A stretch of 64,000 nucleotides of DNA from Candidatus Fimenecus stercoravium. GTDB lineage: Bacteria > Bacillota > Clostridia > Oscillospirales > Acutalibacteraceae. Of the stretch, positions 30,267 to 39,043 are shown in pieces. The stretch lies in the NCBI GenBank assembly GCA_018711545.1, contig DVIC01000029.1, positions 900-64,899 of the forward strand, written 5' to 3'. The notes beneath the pieces are model-generated. The model searched no databases and was not told the origin of the DNA. It was given only the letters and a program-made list of their open reading frames with translations. The position numbers and the translations under genes are program-made. Positions within the stretch are counted from its first letter, which is position 1; each line of letters starts with the position of its first letter.

Positions 30267-30292
30267 AAAGACCGCCCCTTTCGGGACGGCCT
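30263..30292 (-). terminator. intrinsic terminator of the GGGtGRT operon
   Basis: Minus-strand GGCCGUCCC-GAAA-GGGGCGGUC (includes G-U pairs), followed by UUUUUUAG. Confidence 0.5.
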
Positions 30293-30340
30293 TCGTTATG
30301 GGTTTTGCGTTTTGCTTGTCCGTACAATACAGACAAAAGC

Positions 30341-31348
30341 TTATTTCATCGCTTCTTCCACCGCGACCGCGCAAGCGACCGTAGCGCCGACCATGGGGTT
30401 GTTGCCCATGCCGATAAGGCCCATCATTTCGACGTGCGCCGGCACGGAGGAGGAACCCGCGAACTGCGCGTCGCCGTGCATTCTGCCCATGGAGTCCGTG
30501 AGACCGTAAGAAGCAGGGCCCGCCGCGACGTTGTCGGGGTGGAGCGTTCTGCCCGTGCCGCCGCCGGACGCCACGGAGAAGTACTTGACGCCGTTCTCGT
30601 TCGCCCATTTCTTATACGTGCCCGCGACCAGGTGCTGGAAGCGCGTCGGGTTCGTGGAGTTGCCCGTGATGGAGACATCCACGCCCTCTTTCTTCATGAT
30701 GGCAACGCCTTCGAGCACGTCGTTTGCGCCGTAGCACTTGACCGCCGCGCGCTCACCCTCGGAATACGGCGTTTCGCTCAGCACCGTCAGCTCGCCGGTG
30801 TAGAAATCATAGTCGGTCTTGACATAGGTAAAGCCGTTGATGCGCGAAATGATCATCGCCGCGTCCTTGCCTAAGCCGTTGAGGATGACGCGCAGGGGAT
30901 CTTTGCGGACCTTGTTCGCCGTCTTGGCGATGCCGATGGCGCCCTCCGCCGCAGCGAAGGATTCGTGGCCCGCGAGGAACGCGAAGCACTTGGTATCCTC
31001 GTTCAAAAGCATTGCGCCGAGGTTGCCGTGGCCGAGGCCGACGTTTCTCTGCTCGGCAACAGAACCGGGCACGCAGAATGCCTGCAGGCCCTTGCCGATG
31101 GTCGCCGCCGCTTCGGAAGCGGTCTTGACGCCGGTCTTGAGCGCCAGCGCCACGCCCAGCGTATACGCCCAAACGGCGTTGTCGAACGCGATGGGCTGCA
31201 CGCCCTTGACGATGCTTTCTACGTCGATGCCCTTTTCGGTGCAAAGGGCTTTGGCGTCTTCGAGGCTGGCAATGCCGTATTCGGCAAGGCACTTCTCGAT
31301 TTTCGCCATTCTTCTCTCTTTACCTTCAAACATTACATCGTTTGCCAT
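30341..31348 (-). CDS. GGGtGRT-family protein (uncharacterised family)
   Basis: Contains the family-naming motif in YFSVASGGGTGRTLHPDN. The 335-aa size is typical. ATG follows AGGGAGGGA. Confidence 0.88.
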   Translation of the reverse strand: MANDVMFEGKERRMAKIEKCLAEYGIASLEDAKALCTEKGIDVESIVKGVQPIAFDNAVWAYTLGVALALKTGVKTASEAAATIGKGLQAFCVPGSVAEQRNVGLGHGNLGAMLLNEDTKCFAFLAGHESFAAAEGAIGIAKTANKVRKDPLRVILNGLGKDAAMIISRINGFTYVKTDYDFYTGELTVLSETPYSEGERAAVKCYGANDVLEGVAIMKKEGVDVSITGNSTNPTRFQHLVAGTYKKWANENGVKYFSVASGGGTGRTLHPDNVAAGPASYGLTDSMGRMHGDAQFAGSSSVPAHVEMMGLIGMGNNPMVGATVACAVAVEEAMK

Positions 31349-31363
31349 GTGGAAGTCCCTCCC

Positions 31364-32059
31364 TTATTCTTCACGAGGGTCGATGTATTTTGCAGCGTTT
31401 GCAAAACGACCGTACGTACCTGTATTCTTTTTAAGCGCCTCGTCGGCGGAAACGCCGTGGCGGATATCCTCGAGCATCTTGCCGACCTTGATGAACTCAT
31501 AGCCGATGACCTCGTCGTTCTCGTCGAGCGCCATTCTGGTGACATAGCCTTCCGCCATTTCCATGTAGCGGACGCCTTTCAGCTTCGTGGAGAACATCGT
31601 GCCGACCTGCGAACGAAGGCCTTTGCCGAGATCCTCGAGCGCCGCGCCGATAACCAGACCGTCCTCCGAGAACGCGGACTGCGTTCTGCCGTAAACGAAC
31701 TGCAAAAAGATCTCGCGCATGGCGACGTTGATCGCGTCGCACACAAGGTCGGTATTCAGGCATTCAAGCAGCGTTTTGCCGGGCAGGATCTCCGCCGCCA
31801 TAGCCGCCGAATGGGTCATGCCCGAGCAGCCGATGGTCTCGACCAGCGCTTCCTCAACAATGCCGTTTTTGACGTTGAGCGACAGCTTGCAGGTACCCTG
31901 CTGCGGTGCGCACCAGCCCACACCGTGCGAAAAGCCGGAGATGTCCTTGATCTCATACGCCTTGACCCATTTCCCTTCCTCGGGGATGGGCGCGGGGCCG
32001 TGCTTGGGACCTTTTGCAACACAGCACATTTTTTCAACTTCATGGGAATAATTCATCAT
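31364..32059 (-). CDS. NifU-N/IscU-like iron-sulfur scaffold-type protein with extra C-terminal domain
   Basis: Cys-containing blocks GWCAPQQGTCKLSL and ETIGCSGMTHSAAMAAEIL resemble the IscU/NifU N-terminal fold. ATG at 32059 follows AAAGGAG. Confidence 0.7.
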   Translation of the reverse strand: MMNYSHEVEKMCCVAKGPKHGPAPIPEEGKWVKAYEIKDISGFSHGVGWCAPQQGTCKLSLNVKNGIVEEALVETIGCSGMTHSAAMAAEILPGKTLLECLNTDLVCDAINVAMREIFLQFVYGRTQSAFSEDGLVIGAALEDLGKGLRSQVGTMFSTKLKGVRYMEMAEGYVTRMALDENDEVIGYEFIKVGKMLEDIRHGVSADEALKKNTGTYGRFANAAKYIDPREE

Positions 32060-32143
32060 GTTTTTTGGAACTCCTTTCTCAACAGGACTGCATATATTAT
32101 ACTGATTTGCCGCTCGATTATCAATAGAAAAAATCACAAACTG

Positions 32144-32398
32144 CTAATTCTTTCCATAAAAAAATTGTCGATTATCGCGGTAAACGCGCCGTTTCGCGCA
32201 GTCCGTATAATAGGATTCCAAAAGCCCCGCCGTCATGCGCACGTCGCGGCGCATTTCGTAAAGGCAGGCAAGGCGGCGGTATGCCTCGTGCCGTTTCTCA
32301 CCCGAAAGGGACTTGGCATACGGCAAAAAGCGGTCGATCTGCCGCGTCAAGGTCTCTTCATCCTGCCGGTAGGTTTGTGCCATTTGTGTCAAAGTCAT
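32144..32398 (-). CDS. small hypothetical protein (84 aa), first gene of the GGGtGRT unit
   Basis: ATG at 32398 follows GAGAGGGAG. Translation MTLTQMAQTYRQDEETLTRQIDRFLPYAK...; no recognisable motif. Confidence 0.45.
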   Translation of the reverse strand: MTLTQMAQTYRQDEETLTRQIDRFLPYAKSLSGEKRHEAYRRLACLYEMRRDVRMTAGLLESYYTDCAKRRVYRDNRQFFYGKN

Positions 32399-32448
32399 GC
32401 GCTCCCTCTCTTCCAAAATAACAGAACAAATGTTCGTTTCTGTGTTCG

Positions 32449-32477
32449 ATTGTAACATTCCGACGCACCTTTGACAA
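32449..32477 (-). promoter_or_regulatory. candidate sigma-A-type promoter of the GGGtGRT unit
   Basis: Minus strand reads TTGTCA-17 nt-TACAAT, ~50 nt upstream of the 84-aa ORF. Confidence 0.4.
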
Positions 32478-32678
32478 GGCTTGTCCGCAAGAAAAGTCCG
32501 TTTTTTTGGACTTTGTTTGTGCTTGCGGTGTATTTTGCAGCGTTTTGCTTATATTTTCGCCCGATTTTATAGACATTTGTTGAGAATCCCCTCTTCCCTT
32601 TTGGGCGGATGTGTGTTACTATTATCACAGATTCGACATGTGCGCCGACTGTGCGCATACAAGAAAGGAGCTGCACAA

Positions 32679-32888
32679 GTGGATTTTTCAGACGTGTTCC
32701 GCTTTTTTTCGGAAGCGGCGGAATTGACCCCCGAGCGCCGCGCGGCGGAGCTCGTTTGCGTCGCAGCGGCGGCTGTGCTGCTTGGCATCCTGTTCGGCGC
32801 GCTGCTTGTGCGGCGGATCCGGAAATATAAAGCGGAGGAACATCATGCCCACACCCCGGAAGAACCAGACCCTCACGCTGAAAATTGA
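32679..32888 (+). CDS. possible small single-TM protein (69 aa) overlapping the rlmD start
   Basis: GTG lies 8 nt after AAAGGAG. Translation VDFSDVFRFF...LVCVAAAAVLLGILFGALLVRRIRKYK. It overlaps rlmD by 44 nt, which lowers confidence. Confidence 0.3.
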   Translation: MDFSDVFRFFSEAAELTPERRAAELVCVAAAAVLLGILFGALLVRRIRKYKAEEHHAHTPEEPDPHAEN

Positions 32889-34215
32889 AGCGCTCACCGC
32901 CGAGGGAAGCGGCGTGGGGCGTTCGGAGGGTTTTGCAGTATTCGTGCGCGGGGGCGTACCCGGCGACGAAGTGGAAGCCCATGTGATCAAGGCAAAAAAG
33001 CACTATGCGGTCGCCAAGGTCACACGTGTCTTGTCCGCGTCGCCGCACCGTATTCCAAACGACTGTCCGCTGTTCCCGCGCTGTGGCGGCTGCGCGCTTC
33101 GCGAGCTCGAATACGGCTTTGAAGCGGAAGAAAAGCAGCGCCGTGTGGAGGACGCCTTTCGCCGCCTTGCGCATATGGAAGTCCCGTGCGAGGAGATCCT
33201 CACCTCGGCTGCTGCCGAACGCTACCGCAACAAGGCGCAATATCCGGTCGCCTGTGCGGACAAAAAGGTGCAGATCGGCTTTTACGCCCCGCGCTCGCAC
33301 CGTGTGATCGACTGTACGGACTGCCTTTTGCAGCCTGCGGAATTTGCAGAGATCGTGCGGGTGTTCCGCACATTTTTAGAAGAATTTGACATTTCGGTAT
33401 ATAATGCCGACACGCATAAGGGGCTTATTCGCCATTTGTATTTGCGCAAGGGCTTTGTGAGCGGCGAGATCATGGTCTGTGTTGTGATAAACGGCGGCGC
33501 ACTCCCGCATGCCGACGTGCTCATAACACGCCTTTTAGAGCTGCATGCCGGTATTGCGAGCATACAGCTCAACCGCAATACCGAGCGCACCAATGTCATC
33601 CTCGGCGCACACTGCACCGTGCTTTGGGGTGCACCGTATATCACGGATACGCTTTGCGGCATCCGCGTGCGGCTTTCGCCACAGTCGTTTTACCAGGTCA
33701 ACCGCGATATGGCGGAGCGTCTTTACGGAAAAGCAGCAGAATTCGCGGGGCTGACGGGACAGGAAACCGTGCTTGACCTCTACTGCGGCACAGGGCTCAT
33801 CGGGCTTTCCATGGCGCGAAGGATCGGCCGGCTGTACGGTGCGGAGATCGTACCCGAAGCGGTGGAGGATGCGCGCCGGAACGCTGCGGAAAACGGGATC
33901 GAAAACGCGGAATTTTTCTGTGGGGATGCAGGTGATGCGTCGGCGCGTTTGCAGACCTTGGGCGTGCATCCCGACGTTGTTTTGATTGACCCGCCGCGCA
34001 AGGGCTGCGGTGAGCAGGTGCTTGAGACGGTCGCCGCCATGCAGCCGCAGAAAATCGTTTATATTTCCTGCGACCCCGCCACGCTTGCACGCGACTGCGC
34101 TCGCTTGCGGTCCCTCGGCTATACGGTGCGCCGGCTTGCCGCCGCAGATCTTTTTCCGCGCACGAGCCATGTGGAAAGCGTATGCCTATTGGTGCGGACG
34201 GGGGATGCGGTATGA
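32845..34215 (+). CDS. rlmD: 23S rRNA (uracil-5-)-methyltransferase, RlmD/RumA type (TRAM + 4Fe-4S Cys cluster + SAM MTase)
   Basis: TRAM domain (LKIEALTAEGSGVGR), CPLFPRCGGC cluster, VLDLYCGTGLIG, DPPRKG and YISCDPATLARD. Confidence 0.9.
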   Translation: MPTPRKNQTLTLKIEALTAEGSGVGRSEGFAVFVRGGVPGDEVEAHVIKAKKHYAVAKVTRVLSASPHRIPNDCPLFPRCGGCALRELEYGFEAEEKQRRVEDAFRRLAHMEVPCEEILTSAAAERYRNKAQYPVACADKKVQIGFYAPRSHRVIDCTDCLLQPAEFAEIVRVFRTFLEEFDISVYNADTHKGLIRHLYLRKGFVSGEIMVCVVINGGALPHADVLITRLLELHAGIASIQLNRNTERTNVILGAHCTVLWGAPYITDTLCGIRVRLSPQSFYQVNRDMAERLYGKAAEFAGLTGQETVLDLYCGTGLIGLSMARRIGRLYGAEIVPEAVEDARRNAAENGIENAEFFCGDAGDASARLQTLGVHPDVVLIDPPRKGCGEQVLETVAAMQPQKIVYISCDPATLARDCARLRSLGYTVRRLAAADLFPRTSHVESVCLLVRTGDAV

Positions 34216-34856
34216 ACACGTGCCAAAACACACCGGTGCTCACAGAAGGCGATCTGCTTCTGCGGCGGTTTACCGAAGGCGATATTCCCGCGCTGTTCGC
34301 GCTTTATGCAGATCGGGAGATAAATAAATTTTTGCCGTGGTTTCCCTTGGAGACACAGGCGCAGGCTGAAGCACTGTTCCGGGAAAAGTATGAGACATTC
34401 TACCGAAACCCGGTCGGTTACCGTTACGCGGTCTGTTTGCAAGCGGATGATCTGCCCATTGGTTATATCCATTTGGAAACGGACGGCGCGCACGACCTCG
34501 GGTATGCCCTGCGGCGGGAATTTTGGGGTCAAGGCATCATGACGCGCGCGGCGCGCATGGTGCTGGCGCAGGCAAAGGCGGACGGCATGCCGTTTGTGAC
34601 CGCCACGCATGACCGCGAAAATCCGCGCAGCGGCGCCGTCATGCAGAGGCTCGGCATGCGCTACGCCTATTCGTACACGGAGCTTTGGCAGCCTAAAAAT
34701 ATCCCTGTGGTGTTTCGCATGTATCAGATCAGCTTTGATCCTGCTGCACCGCTGTACACCGTATATAAGCAGCAAGCAAAGCAGTGGTTTGTGGAAGAGC
34801 CCGTTCCGGCTTTCCAAACGCTGCACAATAAACGGGATGGGAAGGCGTTATTATGA
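34212..34856 (+). CDS. GNAT-family N-acetyltransferase (RimJ/RimL-like)
   Basis: LLLRRFTEGDIPALFALY...REFWGQGIMTRAARMVL. ATGA overlap with the rlmD stop. Confidence 0.85.
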   Translation: MNTCQNTPVLTEGDLLLRRFTEGDIPALFALYADREINKFLPWFPLETQAQAEALFREKYETFYRNPVGYRYAVCLQADDLPIGYIHLETDGAHDLGYALRREFWGQGIMTRAARMVLAQAKADGMPFVTATHDRENPRSGAVMQRLGMRYAYSYTELWQPKNIPVVFRMYQISFDPAAPLYTVYKQQAKQWFVEEPVPAFQTLHNKRDGKALL

Positions 34857-35554
34857 AAAACGGACTTGTAGAATGGAAAGGCGTCAAGGTCGAGACGCTG
34901 CGGCGTCTGGGCATTTCCCTGCTCACGGCGCTCGTCATCTTTTTATTTTGCATCTTCGCCCCGCCGCAGACGGAGCTGTTTGACAAGATCGGCATGGAGC
35001 TTGCCGTGCTTGTGATCGCACTTTTTCTTTGCCGCTTCCCGATCGGTACTTACTTAATGGTGAACCTGTTTCTGATTTTCCCCGCAGCGGGTTCGATTTT
35101 AAAGCTCTATGACCGTTTTCCGGGATATGACCGTGTGGTGCACTATATCAGCGGTCTGCTGCTCGGAGCGATCGGGATATATTTGATCGAATGGATCTTC
35201 AAGCGGCTGAGCCTGCCGCACGAGCCTTTTGTGGTGATCCTGTTCGGCGGCTTCTTTTCCTTTGCAGGCGCGGGATTTTGGGAGATCATTGAGTTTTTGA
35301 CGGACTGCATTCTGCACATGGGCGTCCAGCACGGCAATACCGACACCATGGGCGATATTGTGGCGGGATATCTCGGGAGTGTGAGCTTTCAGCTGTTCAA
35401 ATGCTTTGAATATCGAAAGTATTTTTCTCGCGAGCGCATACGGAACTTTTTCAAAGGGCAGCCTGCAAGCACCGACGGCGACCCGAACCCTGCCGCGGCA
35501 CAAGGCATTTCCGCCGAACACGAGACAGCAACAGCGGAACGCGGAGGCTCTTAG
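34853..35554 (+). CDS. polytopic membrane protein, family not recognised
   Basis: 233-aa ORF with about 6 hydrophobic segments. ATGA overlap with the upstream GNAT gene. Confidence 0.7.
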   Translation: MKNGLVEWKGVKVETLRRLGISLLTALVIFLFCIFAPPQTELFDKIGMELAVLVIALFLCRFPIGTYLMVNLFLIFPAAGSILKLYDRFPGYDRVVHYISGLLLGAIGIYLIEWIFKRLSLPHEPFVVILFGGFFSFAGAGFWEIIEFLTDCILHMGVQHGNTDTMGDIVAGYLGSVSFQLFKCFEYRKYFSRERIRNFFKGQPASTDGDPNPAAAQGISAEHETATAERGGS

Positions 35555-35579
35555 CAGATTTCACAACATATGCAATGCA

Positions 35580-35613
35580 CACACGGGCGCAGTCTAAGGA
35601 CTGCGCCCGTGTG
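35580..35613 (+). terminator. GC-rich perfect hairpin after the membrane protein gene (no clear U tract)
   Basis: CACACGGGCGCAGTC-taag-GACTGCGCCCGTGTG. Confidence 0.4.
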
Positions 35614-35627
35614 CGTATATCAAATCG

Positions 35628-35826
35628 GTTCAAGTTTTCGGCATTTCGCACAGCCACGGCTTTGCGCAGACCCACCTGCCCCACGTCTAACATCTAATAT
35701 CTAACGTCTAAAATCTAAAACGGCCAGCCGCAAGGGCTGTCCCTACGGATTGCGCGCATTTCGGCTTTCCTGCAAGCTTACCAATCCCGCGTCTGATATC
35801 TAATGTCTAACATCTAAAATCTAAAA
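35628..35826. repeat. composite repeat: two heptamer arrays flanking a CCCTAC hairpin box
   Basis: Array GTCTAAC ATCTAAT ATCTAAC GTCTAAA ATCTAAA (35685-35719); GGCCAGCCGCAAGGGCTGTCCCTAC (35722-35746); array GTCTGAT ATCTAAT GTCTAAC ATCTAAA ATCTAAA (35791-35825). Confidence 0.85.
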
Positions 35827-35851
35827 ATCGCCCCGTGCTTCCGCACGGGGC
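35821..35851 (-). terminator. intrinsic terminator closing the ten-gene surface operon
   Basis: Minus-strand GCCCCGUGC-GGAA-GCACGGGGC followed by GAUUUUUAG. It lies 69 nt after the stop of the last gene. Confidence 0.65.
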
Positions 35852-35919
35852 TAAATTAGATCTTACTTCATTTCTGTGCCGTGCGGCAAAATGCCGCGCG
35901 CGGCATGAAACGCCTTACC

Positions 35920-36873
35920 TTACACAGCGGTGTTTTCCTCTTCCTGCTGCTTCTTCTTTCTGCCCAGCAGGAAGAACAGGAACGGAATGCCGCCGAAGAT
36001 CAGCACGAGCGTTGCGCCCGCCGCCACGGGATATTCCCGGATCAGCGCACCGGTCTGGGTGATGATCGGGTTTTCCGTAATGGGCACTTCGGGCTCTGTG
36101 CCGGGGACAAGGGTAACGGTACCGTCGTCATTCACGACGAAGTCAAGCAGGATGCTTTCCGTGCCGGCAGGAACAGTCACAAGCTGTGTCCCGTCGGGGA
36201 GCTTCGTCACGGTGACTTCCGTTGCGGTCTCGCTTTCGGTCACGGAGAAATTCGCCGTGCCCGCCACCGTGCCGTCGGGGTCATAGACGGTCACGGTGTG
36301 GTAGCCGTCTTTGATGTCGTCCACGGCATATTCGCCGTCTTCGTTCGCAGCGGTCTCGATCTCGCCGAAGTCAAAGACCAGCCCCGCGTTCGGATACGGA
36401 TCGTCGCCGCGGTACACGCCGCCGCTTAAGGCGTAATGCACACATTCATCCGCGCCCTTGTTGGGATCCTCGGGGTCATATTCGGGATCAGAGGGGTCGA
36501 GGGGCTTCGCGTCCTCGCACTTTTGGAATGTAAACACGATGTCCACATTCGTATGCACGCCGGAAAGTATCAGCTGCCCATACTGCATCTGATCCGTCAC
36601 GTCCTCGCCGTTGACGGTGACGCTCTGGAGGTGATCCGTCGCCTGACAGATCACGCTGAGCGTAACGTCGTCAAAGCGTTCCACGGTAAGCGTCGCGCCG
36701 CTGGGCAGGACCTCGCCGCCATACAGGACATAACCGCCTTCGTTGTAAGTCACGGTAATTTCATGCTCGCCGGGTACGACCGTGCTTACCTCTACGCTGC
36801 CGAGTCCAAAGACGCCGAGCTGCATCGCGCAGCACAGCAGCAAGGCCAGCACGGCACTGCAAGCTTTTTTCAT
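35920..36873 (-). CDS. secreted protein with C-terminal TM anchor and basic tail (possible atypical sorting signal ITQTG); last gene of operon
   Basis: Signal peptide MKKACSAVLALLLCCAMQLGVFG. Beta-rich modules, including a CarboxypepD_reg-like YRGDDPYPNAGLVFDF...GEYAVDDIKDGYHTVTV. C-terminus ...PIITQTGALIREYPVAAGATLVLIFGGIPFLFFLLGRKKKQQEEE. Confidence 0.8.
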   Translation of the reverse strand: MKKACSAVLALLLCCAMQLGVFGLGSVEVSTVVPGEHEITVTYNEGGYVLYGGEVLPSGATLTVERFDDVTLSVICQATDHLQSVTVNGEDVTDQMQYGQLILSGVHTNVDIVFTFQKCEDAKPLDPSDPEYDPEDPNKGADECVHYALSGGVYRGDDPYPNAGLVFDFGEIETAANEDGEYAVDDIKDGYHTVTVYDPDGTVAGTANFSVTESETATEVTVTKLPDGTQLVTVPAGTESILLDFVVNDDGTVTLVPGTEPEVPITENPIITQTGALIREYPVAAGATLVLIFGGIPFLFFLLGRKKKQQEEENTAV

Positions 36874-36929
36874 GAAATCACCCCTTTCGAGTACTTCAAA
36901 GCCGTTTGTATGCTAAACAGTCGGCGTAC

Positions 36930-37412
36930 TTAAACGGCCGTATAGGTGACGGTGTAGGTCATGGTGCCGGTGTATTCGCCGACTGCAACGCCCTCGAAGG
37001 AAGAAACGGTCGCATCCAGATCTACGGTTTGGGAGGTCACATAGCCGGAGAAAGACTGCGCTTCAGTCGTGCCGGTAAGAGCGAAGGTCAGGGTGTCGTC
37101 GCCGACGGGATCCGTGTTCATCACGCCGCCGTCATTCGCAGCCGCAGCGACCTGAAGCGTCGAGCCTGCCACGAGGTTGCACGATACGGTGTAGTCGGCT
37201 GTGCCGCTGCTGGCGCCGTCGTTGTTCCACGGGATCGCAACGCTTGCGGGAACGGTCACGGTGTAAGTGTCATCCGCCGCATCCACAACGGTGTAAACGT
37301 CGATCGTTTCGGTCTGATCCGTATCCTGGGTGATGGGGTTCGCTGCAAAAGCAAGAACGCTGACAGAGAACATCATTACAACTGCAAGTGCTACTGCTAA
37401 AATCTTTTTCAT
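36930..37412 (-). CDS. small secreted paralog S7 (160 aa) of the operon-specific family
   Basis: MKKILAVALAVVMMFSVSVLAFA signal; YTVTVPASVAIPW...LTFAL...GEYTGTMTYTVTYTAV; own SD. Confidence 0.85.
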   Translation of the reverse strand: MKKILAVALAVVMMFSVSVLAFAANPITQDTDQTETIDVYTVVDAADDTYTVTVPASVAIPWNNDGASSGTADYTVSCNLVAGSTLQVAAAANDGGVMNTDPVGDDTLTFALTGTTEAQSFSGYVTSQTVDLDATVSSFEGVAVGEYTGTMTYTVTYTAV

Positions 37413-37460
37413 GGTTTTACTCCTTTATCAATTTCGATTTGTTCTGTTGAGCGCTTGTAC

Positions 37461-37934
37461 TCAAACGACTTCGACGGTGAAGGTCACGGTGTCGGTATAT
37501 GCCCCAACGGGGACGTCATCCCAGCCGGTGACCGCGATGGCCGTGGAACAGTTGGCGGACTCGACCTCGTCGGTCGTCACGTACGCCGCGTCTGCTGCAT
37601 CGCCCGACAGCGTGTACAGCAGGTTATCCGTGCCGTTGGTCAAGTTGCCGCTCGTCTTATTGAGCGAGATCTGAAGCTGCTCGCCAATGTTAAGCTGCGA
37701 GGTGTACGACCAGTTGATGGAGTCGCCGCCGGTCGTACCGTACCACGGAATGCTTACCGTAGCGGGGATCGTCACCGTAAAGTTCGCGGCAGGCTTGCCG
37801 TTTATGTCCGTCGTGAGGGTCACAACGTCAACCGGCGTTCGACCCGGCTGTGTAATGGTCTGGCTCGCAAAGGCGGGCACACAGACCGCGAACAGCATGA
37901 CAAGTGCAAGCGCAACAGAGAGAACCTTTTTCAT
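37461..37934 (-). CDS. small secreted paralog S6 (157 aa)
   Basis: ATG at 37934 follows AAAGGAG. MKKVLSVALALVMLFAVCVPAFA; FTVTIPATVSIPW...LLYTLSGDA...GWDDVPVGAYTDTVTFTVEVV. Confidence 0.88.
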   Translation of the reverse strand: MKKVLSVALALVMLFAVCVPAFASQTITQPGRTPVDVVTLTTDINGKPAANFTVTIPATVSIPWYGTTGGDSINWSYTSQLNIGEQLQISLNKTSGNLTNGTDNLLYTLSGDAADAAYVTTDEVESANCSTAIAVTGWDDVPVGAYTDTVTFTVEVV

Positions 37935-37973
37935 AGGCCTGCTCCTTTTCAAGAGTTATGTTGCGCCGTGCGA

Positions 37974-38459
37974 TCAGACGATGTCGACAACTTCGACCGT
38001 GAAGGTCAAGGTGTCGGAGTATGCCCCAACCGGAACATCGTCCCAGCCCGAAACAGCGATATTGATCGATTTCTCCGTCAAAGCGCAAACCGCCGCGCCG
38101 GTCGTGAACGCTGCGCCGACGGCATCGCCCGACAGGGTGTATGCCAGGTTATCCGTGCCGTTGGTCAAGCTGCCGCTCGCTTTGTCCACCGAGATGCTCA
38201 GCTGTTTGCCGGCTTCGAGCTGCGAAACATAAGACCAATCCAGCGTGTCGCCTTCGGTAGTGCCGCCCCACGGAATGTCTACGGTAGCGGGGATGGTCAC
38301 GGTGAAGCCTGCAACGGGGTTGCCGTCTTCATCGGTCGTCAGGGTCTGGAGCGTGGTGTCGCCCGTGCCGCCGTTGGTCGCGATATCCGTCGCGAACGCC
38401 GGAACACAGACCGCGAGCATCATAACGAGTGCAAGTGCGATTGCTAAAATCTTTTTCAT
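37974..38459 (-). CDS. small secreted paralog S5 (161 aa)
   Basis: ATG at 38459. MKKILAIALALVMMLAVCVPAFA; FTVTIPATVDIPW...LAYTLSGDA...GWDDVPVGAYSDTLTFTVEVV. It is the closest relative of S6. Confidence 0.88.
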   Translation of the reverse strand: MKKILAIALALVMMLAVCVPAFATDIATNGGTGDTTLQTLTTDEDGNPVAGFTVTIPATVDIPWGGTTEGDTLDWSYVSQLEAGKQLSISVDKASGSLTNGTDNLAYTLSGDAVGAAFTTGAAVCALTEKSINIAVSGWDDVPVGAYSDTLTFTVEVVDIV

Positions 38460-38526
38460 GGTTTTCCCTCTATTCATTCAGAAATTTTTTGTTGTACGCC
38501 AAAGCGCTTTGTTATGCGGTTTCGAT

Positions 38527-39006
38527 TTACACGTCCACGATCGAAGCCGTGAAGGTCAGGGTGTCGGAATACTCGGAAACAGGTGCTGCATCCCAAGCTT
38601 CCGTATCCACGCAAACGGTAAATGTGCAAGCCTGCGCATCCACCACGGGGCCGTCCATGACGGCGAAGCTGTTCTGGATCCAATACGCCAGCGTCAGGCC
38701 GTTTGTATCGGTCATCAAGAGGTCGCCGGTCGGATCATCCACATCTACGCGAACCGCCTTGTTCGGTGCAAGCTGCGAGGTAACGGTGTATTGGAAGTCG
38801 GTGCTGGTCGCGTCCCACGGAACGATGTTTTCCGCCGGGATGGAAACGGTGAAACCTGCGGCTTCCTCGCCGTCTTCGTTCTGCGTCGAAGTCCTGACAA
38901 CTGATTCGCCTGTACCGCCGTCAGCCGCAATATCTACAGCGAACGCCGGAACGCTGACCGCCAGCATCATGACGAGTGCGAGAGCAACTGCTAAAATCTT
39001 TTTCAT
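38527..39006 (-). CDS. small secreted paralog S4 (159 aa)
   Basis: MKKILAVALALVMMLAVSVPAFA; FTVSIPAENIVPW...LAYWI...EAWDAAPVSEYSDTLTFTASIV. Confidence 0.88.
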   Translation of the reverse strand: MKKILAVALALVMMLAVSVPAFAVDIAADGGTGESVVRTSTQNEDGEEAAGFTVSIPAENIVPWDATSTDFQYTVTSQLAPNKAVRVDVDDPTGDLLMTDTNGLTLAYWIQNSFAVMDGPVVDAQACTFTVCVDTEAWDAAPVSEYSDTLTFTASIVDV

Positions 39007-39043
39007 AGGTTTTCTCCTCTTTTCGGATTATGTCGTGCTGCTG

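Noticed and set aside
30965-32455. 496-aa plus-strand ORF (and the minus-strand 301-aa ORF at 32395-33300)
   Set aside because: They are antisense to the GGGtGRT/NifU-like genes and to rlmD respectively. The opposite-strand genes have SDs and conserved motifs.
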